From a bacterium (GTDB taxonomy: Bacteria; Zhuqueibacterota; Zhuqueibacteria; Zhuqueibacterales; Zhuqueibacteraceae), in contig JBIOXB010000190.1 of the NCBI GenBank assembly GCA_044869275.1, positions 1 through 34,528 of the forward strand: DNA of 34,528 bases, in the 5' to 3' direction. Each line of letters starts with the position of its first letter. Position 1 is the stretch's first letter. Shown piece by piece: positions 26,814 to 34,528 of the stretch. The translations under genes were made by a program, and so were the position numbers. The notes under the pieces were generated by a model. It was not told the origin of the DNA. It saw only the letters and a program-made list of their open reading frames with translations, and searched no databases.

Positions 26814-27785
26814 ATGTTAAGCACGGGCTCAAAGAATTCAATCACCGACGTTCCCGGCGTTCACCTCGGCCACTTCACTTTAGCCGATGGGGAAATTCAA
26901 ACCGGCGTGAGTGCGCTTCTGCCGTATCCGTTGAGCGTACGAGATCGCAAGCTTTTCATCGGCGGGTACGCCAGCAACGGTTGGAATGAATGGACCGGCC
27001 TGCACGTGGCGCAGGATTTTGGCACGTTTTCCTCGCCGATCCTCTTGTGCAATGCCACGACGGTTGGCATTGCTTATGACGCCTTGATCTCTTTCGGCCA
27101 TCAACGCGAAGCCGGCCTGCCCATTGACAACGCCTGGCCGCCGATCGTGATCGGCATCGATGACGGCTACCTCAATGATCTGCGCCAGCGGCGCATCACG
27201 CACGACCACATTCTTCGCACAATTCATGAGGCAAAAAATCAGTCCGCGGGCAACGGCAATATTGGTATCGGCCGTGGTCTATGCGCGTTCGGCGGCAAGG
27301 GCGGCACGGGTGAAGCTTCACGTTTGGTGACTGTGAATCAGACAGATTTTACCCTCGGCGCATGGCTGGCGGCAAATGGTGGCGAGCCTCTGGGCGCTGC
27401 TTCGCATGCCATTGCAAGAAATTTGGCTTCCTGCTTCATCCTCCTTCTCGCCACTGACGCGCCTCTATTGCCGGAGCAATTGCGGCACCTGGCCGAGGCC
27501 GGCATGCGCGGTCTGGATGAATTCGGCTTAGCGGAATCACTCGATCAACAACTCGCTTTGGCGTTTTCCACTGCCAACACAATGGACAACGCCTTCAGCG
27601 ATGCTTTGCAACTTTTTCGTGAGCAACACTATGCGGACGATTTGCTCGCGCCGCTTTTCATTGCTGCGGCAGAAACGAGCCGGGCCGCGCTCCGCAACGG
27701 CTTGCGCGCGGCAACCGCAGTGACGGGAAGAAAGGGCCGCACAGCACCTCCCCTCGAGGCCAGCGCTTTCAACGGCCCCGAGTAG
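26814..27785 (+). CDS. Divergent DmpA/S58 paralogue with degenerate catalytic motifs
   Basis: NSITDVPGVHLGH, KGGTGEASR and ATDAPL retained; SIIL replaced by SCFIL, SGD absent, no signal peptide. Confidence 0.82.
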   Translation: MLSTGSKNSITDVPGVHLGHFTLADGEIQTGVSALLPYPLSVRDRKLFIGGYASNGWNEWTGLHVAQDFGTFSSPILLCNATTVGIAYDALISFGHQREAGLPIDNAWPPIVIGIDDGYLNDLRQRRITHDHILRTIHEAKNQSAGNGNIGIGRGLCAFGGKGGTGEASRLVTVNQTDFTLGAWLAANGGEPLGAASHAIARNLASCFILLLATDAPLLPEQLRHLAEAGMRGLDEFGLAESLDQQLALAFSTANTMDNAFSDALQLFREQHYADDLLAPLFIAAAETSRAALRNGLRAATAVTGRKGRTAPPLEASAFNGPE

Positions 27786-27889
27786 CGATGAAAATTCGAG
27801 CCTATGCCGGAATCCCTTGACAGGTACCTGCCGGCGATCATCGCCACGCGTGCGGTCAAAGTGTAGATTGTCACTCAACCGGAGCCCAT

Positions 27890-29749
27890 ATGCACAACCT
27901 CATGCTTACGAAATCTGTTTGCGTTGCTTCTTTTCTCTTGATCTTGCACGCCGGCCCCCTTCACGCCCAGGCAATTCCCGAGGCTCTGGAAAACTTTGAA
28001 AAAACCGAAGCCATGATCGCCATGCGTGACCGGGTGCGGCTCTATACGGAAATTTGCAAACCGAAAACCGCTTCCGCGGCGCTGCCGATTCTGCTACTAC
28101 GCACGCCTTACGGCGCAGAGGGCTGGCCCGCTCGCGCCTTCACCGGTTATCTCAAAGAGCTGGCAGAGGAGGGATACATATTCGTATTTCAAGACATTCG
28201 CGGACGCTACAAATCCGAAGGCCAATTCGTGATGATGCGGCCGCCGCGCGATCGCCAAGATCCCCACGCGGTCGACGAAAGCACGGATGCGTATGACACG
28301 ATCGCATGGTTACTACAGAACGTGCCCGGCAACAACGGCCGTGTCGGTGCGCTGGGCATTTCTTACGGCGGATGGCTCACGGTGATGGCGATGCTGGATC
28401 CGCATCCCGCGATGAAAGCCGTCTCCCCGCAAGCCTCGCCTGCGGATATGTTTCTCGGCGACGATTTTCATCACAACGGCGCGTTTCGCTTGAGCTACGG
28501 TTTCGAATATGCCGTGCTCATGGAATCATCGAACATCAACACCTCCTTTGATTTTGATGAATACGACACATTCGAATGGTATCTCACGCTCGGCCCGCTG
28601 TCAAATGCGAACGCAAAATACCTGCACGGCAAACTGCCGACGTGGAATGATTATATCGCGCATCCGAATTACGATGGCTTCTGGCAAAAGCAGGCCATCG
28701 CGCCTTACCTGCAGCAGGTCAAAGTTCCGACGTTGAATGTCGCCGGCTGGTATGATCAAGAAGATTTTTATGGCCCGTTGAAAATCTATGAAGCGTTGGA
28801 AGGACATGACGCGCAAAACCTGAACTATTTGGTCGTGGGCCCATGGAATCACGGCGGCTGGTCGCGCGGCGAAGGCAATACGCTGGGCAAGATTGATTTC
28901 GAAAGCGGGACGAGCAAATATTTTCGTGAAAAAATTCAGGCGCCATGGTTTGCCTATTTTTTGAAAGATCGGGGCAAATTGGAATTCGCCGAAGCGCAAA
29001 CGTTTCGCATGGGCACAAACCAGTGGACCCCGCATGAGCACTGGCCGCCGCGCAAAAATGCGGCCGCGCGCAATATTTACTTTCAGGAGAACGGCAAGCT
29101 TTCTTTCGAGGCGCCGCAGCAAGAAGACAAAGATCAATTTGACAGCTATATTTCAGATCCGGACAACCCCGTCCCTTACCGCAATCGCCCCATCGAGCCG
29201 ACTTATTATGCCGCCGGCTCGGGTTGGTACAATTGGCTTACGGAAGATCAGCGCTTCGTGCATCGCCGCCCCGACGTGCTGAGCTGGGAATCCGATAGCT
29301 TGCGCGAAGCGTTGACCATCAGCGGAAATATCCTGGCGAATCTCTTCGCCTCGACGACAGGAACGGATGGTGATTGGATTGTGAAGTTGATCGACGTGTA
29401 TCCGGAAAAGTATGCCAAAGACCTCAAAATGAGCGGGTATCAACAGATGATCGCCAACGAAGTCTTGCGCGGCCGCTTCCGCAAAAGCTTCGACCAGCCT
29501 TTGCCGATGACGCCCAATCAAGTCGAGAAATTTGCCATTGATCTGCACAGTATTGATCATACTTTTCTGCCGGGGCATAGAATCATGGTGCAAGTGCAAA
29601 GCACGTGGTTTCCGGTGATCGATCGCAATCCGCAAAAGTATGTCGACAACATCTTCACGGCAACGGAATCTGATTATCAAGTTGCGACACAGCGCGTGTA
29701 TCGTTCCAAAACATATGCGTCACATGTCACGCTGCCGGTGATCAAGTAG
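27890..29749 (+). CDS. CocE/NonD-family hydrolase (alpha-amino-acid ester hydrolase-like), secreted
   Basis: RTPY, QDIRGRYKSEG, GISYGG, GWYDQED, GPWNHG; signal peptide LHA|Q. Confidence 0.95.
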   Translation: MHNLMLTKSVCVASFLLILHAGPLHAQAIPEALENFEKTEAMIAMRDRVRLYTEICKPKTASAALPILLLRTPYGAEGWPARAFTGYLKELAEEGYIFVFQDIRGRYKSEGQFVMMRPPRDRQDPHAVDESTDAYDTIAWLLQNVPGNNGRVGALGISYGGWLTVMAMLDPHPAMKAVSPQASPADMFLGDDFHHNGAFRLSYGFEYAVLMESSNINTSFDFDEYDTFEWYLTLGPLSNANAKYLHGKLPTWNDYIAHPNYDGFWQKQAIAPYLQQVKVPTLNVAGWYDQEDFYGPLKIYEALEGHDAQNLNYLVVGPWNHGGWSRGEGNTLGKIDFESGTSKYFREKIQAPWFAYFLKDRGKLEFAEAQTFRMGTNQWTPHEHWPPRKNAAARNIYFQENGKLSFEAPQQEDKDQFDSYISDPDNPVPYRNRPIEPTYYAAGSGWYNWLTEDQRFVHRRPDVLSWESDSLREALTISGNILANLFASTTGTDGDWIVKLIDVYPEKYAKDLKMSGYQQMIANEVLRGRFRKSFDQPLPMTPNQVEKFAIDLHSIDHTFLPGHRIMVQVQSTWFPVIDRNPQKYVDNIFTATESDYQVATQRVYRSKTYASHVTLPVIK

Positions 29750-29774
29750 GGAAGTGGCGGTAGGTTCTTATCTT

Positions 29775-29983
29775 GTCATTCTGCAAGAATCTTCCCATGC
29801 ACTTGGCACAGAACTACCACAGAGTCTCATGCCGTTGCTGGGGAAGATTCAGACTGTGTAAAAACGCTTAGTTTCAACGCCGGCTGAGCTTGTCGAAGCC
29901 GGATTCTTGAACTTCGCACCCTTCGACAAGCTCAGGGTGCGGCATTTTCATGTTTTCACACAGTCTGATTCCTTCTGAACGAC
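29775..29983. repeat. Host REP-like inverted repeat (GTCATTCTGCAAGAATCTTCCC ... GGGAAGATTCCTTCTGAACGAC) interrupted by MITE A
   Basis: Arms become complementary once 29851-29971 is removed. Confidence 0.75.
29851..29966 (+). mobile_element. MITE family A, copy 3 (116 bp)
   Basis: TIRs AGACTGTGTAAAA / TTTTCACACAGTCT; GATTC at 29846-29850 and 29967-29971. Confidence 0.88.
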
Positions 29984-30001
29984 ATGAAAGAGGATTTGTC
30001 T

Positions 30002-31162
30002 ATGAACAGATTTCGTTTTTACAAAAAGAACATCCACCTGCTTGTGATTGGCCTCCTGGTCGTGAACCGCCTGGCGCACGCTCAAGACCTCGACGAAACT
30101 GAAAAAATGCTGCGTGATCTCTCCGAAGCGCCGGGCGTGTCGGGCTACGAAGAACCCGCGGCGCAGGTTTTCATGAGATACCTGCGCCCCTACGCTGATG
30201 AACTGCAACGTGACCATCTCGGCGGCGTGATCGCCGTCAAAAAGGGAACAGCCGAGTCGCCGCGCGTGATGATCGATGCCCATCTCGACGAGATCGGTTT
30301 CATGGTGAAACGCCTCGATGAAAATGGCTTTGTTAAATTCTTCCCGCTCGGCTGGAATTTTTCGCAGCAAATGCTGGATCATCGCGTCATCATTCACACA
30401 CGCAAAGGCCCGGTGTTGGGGGTGATCAACACCGGCCCGGATATCAAAGCAGCAGAATTGATCAAGCGTGAAGACATGTGGGTTGACGTCGGCGTCGCGA
30501 GTCGCGCCGAGGCCGAAGCGCTCGGCATTCAGCCCGGCGACGCGGTGACGCATGAGAGCAAATTCGCGGTGCTGGCCAATCGCAAGTTCCTGCTGGGCAA
30601 AGCCTGGGACGATCGCATCGGCATGGGCGTGATTATCGGCGTCCTCAAAAATCTCGCCAAAGAAAGACACCCGAACACGGTGTTCGGCACCGGCGCAGTG
30701 CAGGAAGAAATCACACTCTCTGGCGCCAAAACCATTGTTGCAGCGGTGCAGCCGGATATCGCCATCACGCTCGACATCGATGTGACCAGTGATTTGCCGG
30801 CGTATACCAGCGCTGATTATGCGCAACCGGTGCTGGGCAAAGGCGTGGTCATCATTCTGCACACTGCGGAAATGCTGCCGCACGTCAAGCTGCGGCAATG
30901 GGTGCAAAGCATTGCGGAAGAGCTGAAAATTCCCTATCAGTTCATGCTCGAAGAGGGCGGTGGCACCGACGCGGGCCCGATTCACAAATGGAATCTCGGC
31001 GTGCCGACTTTGGACCTGGTGATCTCACAGCGCTATTATCATTCCGCCAACGGCATCATCCATCGCGATGACTATGAAAGCGCGGTAAGGCTGATTACGG
31101 AGGTGGTGAAAAGGCTGGATAAAAAAGCTGTGGAGGAACTGCGTTTCAAAACCTCCCAATAG
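30002..31162 (+). CDS. M42-family metallo-aminopeptidase with an apparent signal peptide
   Basis: GVSGYE, DAHLDEIG, KAWDDRIG, VQEE, GGTDAG, RYYHS; SD GAGGA; leader ending AHA|QD. Confidence 0.93.
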   Translation: MNRFRFYKKNIHLLVIGLLVVNRLAHAQDLDETEKMLRDLSEAPGVSGYEEPAAQVFMRYLRPYADELQRDHLGGVIAVKKGTAESPRVMIDAHLDEIGFMVKRLDENGFVKFFPLGWNFSQQMLDHRVIIHTRKGPVLGVINTGPDIKAAELIKREDMWVDVGVASRAEAEALGIQPGDAVTHESKFAVLANRKFLLGKAWDDRIGMGVIIGVLKNLAKERHPNTVFGTGAVQEEITLSGAKTIVAAVQPDIAITLDIDVTSDLPAYTSADYAQPVLGKGVVIILHTAEMLPHVKLRQWVQSIAEELKIPYQFMLEEGGGTDAGPIHKWNLGVPTLDLVISQRYYHSANGIIHRDDYESAVRLITEVVKRLDKKAVEELRFKTSQ

Positions 31163-31223
31163 GCAAGTGGATATGCCATGGCTTGTTTCTGGCTTGCGGT
31201 CATGAGAATGTAAGCAATATGAC

Positions 31224-31781
31224 TCAGAGTTTTTTTACCATCTCACCCACGCGAATCACGCCAGATTGCACGACCTTGGCATTCATGCCACGCAGCCGAA
31301 GCTGTTTTCCTATCGGGGAGTTGACAAACTTCAGTGCCTCCAATCCAAACCGCGCCATAAATTTATTACAGCCGGTGTGGGGTTGTTCGGTAACTTCAAT
31401 CACAGCCGTACCCAGAGCCAGACGTGTTCCGGGCGGCATATTTTGCACGCTCAAATCCATGTCAATAAACAGTTGATCTCCGGCCAATTGCCAGCGATCT
31501 TTCTCCCGGGCCACCAGCGCAATTGCGCGAGCATTCATGAGGTTGAGCTGCATACCGGGATGCGATGACCTGTCGGCGGTGCGGGAACTGCCGCGCGTTT
31601 TCCAATTGTCACCCACGAGCCCTTCGTCCCGATCGAGTTGCCCTGTTTCCAAGACTTCCCGCGCATCGATCTGCGGCCGGCGTACGATCAACGCCAACAC
31701 GCCTTCATGCTTGGGCGACTTGCGGATCAGATCCAACCCCGCCTCAAGCTCCCCCATACTCACATGCCTCGATTCTACCAT
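31224..31781 (-). CDS. MOSC-domain protein
   Basis: GLVGDNW, AGDQLFID, GTAVIEVT..PHTGCNKF, RGMNAKVVQSGVIRVGE. Confidence 0.9.
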   Translation of the reverse strand: MVESRHVSMGELEAGLDLIRKSPKHEGVLALIVRRPQIDAREVLETGQLDRDEGLVGDNWKTRGSSRTADRSSHPGMQLNLMNARAIALVAREKDRWQLAGDQLFIDMDLSVQNMPPGTRLALGTAVIEVTEQPHTGCNKFMARFGLEALKFVNSPIGKQLRLRGMNAKVVQSGVIRVGEMVKKL

Positions 31782-31799
31782 TATCACCTCACTAATCCA

Positions 31800-33050
31800 T
31801 CACTGCCCTAGCGCAAGTCGAATGAGCCCGGAGGCATCGCGCACGAAAATGTCCGCGCCCAGAAGCGCCGGAACAGCCCAGGTCTCGGCTTCGGCAACCT
31901 GGTAACGCCGCTCGATTTCGAATGCCGTCGCGCTGCGGCGAGCGACGATGAGATCAGCGGTGTTGGTGAGATAAACAAGATGGCGCGGCGTGAGCAACAC
32001 CGAGGCATGGTTGCCTTCTCGTCCCGCAGTGATCCAGCGGACAACGCCGGTTTTCGCGTCGAGCGCAACAAACTGGCCCTTCTGCCGCGCCGAATGGCCG
32101 TAGATCAAGCCGTCGCCATATACCGGAGAGCTCATGTACATTGCGACGTCCGCATTCTTCCAGACCTGAGTCGCTTGCCACTTGCCGTTGACCACTTCCA
32201 GCGTGTAGGCGTGGGTGCCCTGGCGCGTGCCTGAAACGATGAGATGCGAGCCGGTCCAAACGGGATTTACGATGTTCTCGTGCCACTCGTCGGGGAACGG
32301 CACGGACCAGAGTTGGGCGCCCGCCTTCGCGTCGAGGCCGATGATCGAAGTGTCTGTAAGCGTCACGATCTGCTGGCCACCCGCGATAGCGATTACCACA
32401 GGCGAGGCATATCCCGGCCCCGGCCCGCTCCAGTGCCAGCGGTCGTAGCCCGTTGCAGGATCGAGTGCCATGATCTGGCCGCCGTGAACGTCACTGCCCA
32501 CCTGAACCACTATGAGCTCGCCGAGCGCCAGTGGCGAGGCGGAGGTGCCGCAGAAGAGTTTCGAGGTATCAACTGTTTCCGAGAAGTCTTTGCTCCAAAG
32601 CTGGCGTCCCGTCGCGGTGTCCCATGCCGTCAGCACACCGGTCATGCCGAGCGTGAACAAGCGCTTTCCCAGAACTAGTGGTGTCGCGTTCGGACCCTTT
32701 GCCATACGGACGGCGTACTGATTCTTCTGAAAAGCCGCCGGGTATTTCTGCTGCCAAAGCACTTGACCGTTCGCGCGGTCGATCGCCATGACGATCTCTT
32801 CGGGGTCGAGGCGGCTGTGCACGAACACGCGCTCGCCTGAAACTACCGGCGAGGAATAGCCGGTGCCGATCTCGACGCGCCAAACGCGGCGAAGCGAGTC
32901 AGGCCAGGACTCCGGTGCGCTGGCAGCGGGTACCAACCCGTCGCGAGAAGGTCCGCGCCATTGTGTCCAATCGTTGGCGCCGAGGGGCGGCATAAGAGCG
33001 AAGGCGAGAAGAGTGGCGGCAATGAACTGAGCGGAAATGACATGGATCAT
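31800..33050 (-). CDS. Secreted PQQ-like beta-propeller repeat protein
   Basis: DWTQWRGPSRDG, GYSSPVV, repeated ALD..TG...W blades; signal peptide. Confidence 0.92.
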   Translation of the reverse strand: MIHVISAQFIAATLLAFALMPPLGANDWTQWRGPSRDGLVPAASAPESWPDSLRRVWRVEIGTGYSSPVVSGERVFVHSRLDPEEIVMAIDRANGQVLWQQKYPAAFQKNQYAVRMAKGPNATPLVLGKRLFTLGMTGVLTAWDTATGRQLWSKDFSETVDTSKLFCGTSASPLALGELIVVQVGSDVHGGQIMALDPATGYDRWHWSGPGPGYASPVVIAIAGGQQIVTLTDTSIIGLDAKAGAQLWSVPFPDEWHENIVNPVWTGSHLIVSGTRQGTHAYTLEVVNGKWQATQVWKNADVAMYMSSPVYGDGLIYGHSARQKGQFVALDAKTGVVRWITAGREGNHASVLLTPRHLVYLTNTADLIVARRSATAFEIERRYQVAEAETWAVPALLGADIFVRDASGLIRLALGQ

Positions 33051-33180
33051 AGTTCACTCTTTGATGTCTATACGCCTTTGTGGCGAAAATCTTTGCGCTG
33101 GGGGCGCACATTGAATCTGGAGAAGAATGGCAAACGGTGACTCGCATAGCGTAGAAAACCAGTGGTGCGAAATTGTTCCT

Positions 33181-34528
33181 TCACGCGCCGATCTTCGCCA
33201 CCAGCACGGTCATATCATCATGTTGGGTCGCAAAGCCGACGAATTTCTGTGCCTCTTCGATAATTCTCTGTTTGAGCGGCTCGGCATGAAGGCTGCGATG
33301 CTGCGCCACCATCTTGACCAAATTCTCTTCCCCAAATTCCTGGCCGGAGACGTTGCGCGCTTCCACCAAGCCGTCGGAGTAAAACACAAAAGTCTCCTGC
33401 GAATTCAAAGGCAGGGTCATTTCCTCGATTTCACGCGCAAAGATTTCGTGATCCGCCAGGCCCAGGCCCAGACCGCGCGGAATCAAAAGATGATGGTCGT
33501 GGCCTTGTACGCGCAAAGTTGCATTGTGCCCTGCCCGGCAGAGGAGCGCCTGCCGCTTGGCCAGATCGAAAACAGCGTACGTCAGTGTGATGAAAGAGTT
33601 TCTTTCGATCGTGCCGTAGATCAGATCGTTCACCGCGACCAAAAGCTGGGCCGGGGCATGATGCAGATGCTGCAGCGCACGAATGATGCCTTGCAGCTTG
33701 CTCATGTAAAGTGCCGCCGAAGTGCCCTTGCCCGAAACATCGCCCACCAGCAAGCCAAGTTTGCCATTTCCCAATTCGAGATAGTCGTAATAATCGCCCC
33801 CGACCTCCGTGGCGCTGATGCATATTCCCGCCACGTCCAGCCCGCGAATGGTGGGATTCTGCCGCGGCAGAGAATGTTTTTGAATGATGCCGGCGACGGC
33901 CAGCTCCTTCTGCAAACGTTCCTGCGAATGCTGCAAGGCTTCGAAGTTGAGGAAACTTTTGACGCGCAAATGATAGATCACCGTGGTCAGACCGGTGCAA
34001 ACCAAAATAATCGTGGAAAAGAAGGAAGCGGGGAAAGCGCCGGCGAGCTTCAAAAAAGAGCGCGAGGATTCCACGATGATCATGTGCAAGCCGTAATTCG
34101 CCGCCAGCATGATCAGTCCGACCATGGCCACGACGAGGGGACGCAAGGGCACCACGACGGACAACACCAGCAGGGAGATCACGAACGCCGGATAAGTGGC
34201 GGGATTGGCGCGCAACAGCGTCGAAATGGTGGCGATAACCTCCGCGACCACGATGCACGTGATGGCGATCCAACTGGCGCGGTTGCTGCCAAAGCTGGTA
34301 CGCGACAGCGACAATCCGCTGAGGCCGATCAGGAAAATCCCGAATTTATCGAGGTCTGCAAAGAGCAGGCCGGTGAACCCTTTCTCGCCGGAAATATACC
34401 ACAGCGCAAAGTCGAAGAAAAAATTCCCCATCGAAAGCACCATCGCTACGAACGAAGCGAATTGCAGGCCCAGCACACCGAGGCGCTTGATCTCGGTCTC
34501 AAGATTTTTCCCGTAATCGCTCGGATCG
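33181..34528 (-). CDS. Membrane-bound SpoIIE/RsbU-like PP2C phosphatase (5'-partial)
   Basis: EVGGDYYD, VGDVSGKG, YSDGLVEA, HDDMT; several N-terminal TM segments; frame stays open to the window edge. Confidence 0.93.
   Translation of the reverse strand, partial: DPSDYGKNLETEIKRLGVLGLQFASFVAMVLSMGNFFFDFALWYISGEKGFTGLLFADLDKFGIFLIGLSGLSLSRTSFGSNRASWIAITCIVVAEVIATISTLLRANPATYPAFVISLLVLSVVVPLRPLVVAMVGLIMLAANYGLHMIIVESSRSFLKLAGAFPASFFSTIILVCTGLTTVIYHLRVKSFLNFEALQHSQERLQKELAVAGIIQKHSLPRQNPTIRGLDVAGICISATEVGGDYYDYLELGNGKLGLLVGDVSGKGTSAALYMSKLQGIIRALQHLHHAPAQLLVAVNDLIYGTIERNSFITLTYAVFDLAKRQALLCRAGHNATLRVQGHDHHLLIPRGLGLGLADHEIFAREIEEMTLPLNSQETFVFYSDGLVEARNVSGQEFGEENLVKMVAQHRSLHAEPLKQRIIEEAQKFVGFATQHDDMTVLVAKIGA

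Overview
Bacterial chromosomal window of moderate-high GC, from a diderm judging by TolC, FecR, lipoproteins and a Tat signal. A KSB1/FCB-like lineage is my impression only. Left to right: a decayed toxin-antitoxin pair; an SGNH hydrolase; an ECF sigma / lipoprotein / FecR cluster with no TonB receptor; a small secreted protein plus a MauG-like di-heme lipoprotein; a DUF4062 fragment; a REP-flanked Y1 (IS200-like/RAYT) transposase; a TetR-TolC-MFP(frameshifted)-RND efflux operon; a complete type II-like Wadjet (jetABCD) locus; a SpoU methyltransferase; a cluster of mostly exported peptide hydrolases (2x DmpA/S58, CocE/NonD, M42); and MOSC, PQQ-propeller and PP2C genes. The most notable feature is an Rpn/DUF4351-like gene wedged between jetC and jetD. 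It has its own putative promoter and an in-frame internal GGAGG-ATG start of the kind that produces intragenic antitoxins in Rpn antiphage proteins. Intergenic DNA is packed with selfish repeats: three MITE families that each carry a REP-like hairpin (one inserts at the same site of another repeat in two places) and several heptamer-repeat palindromes. No tRNA, rRNA or CRISPR array was recognised. Family assignments come from motif recognition by eye, not from database searches.
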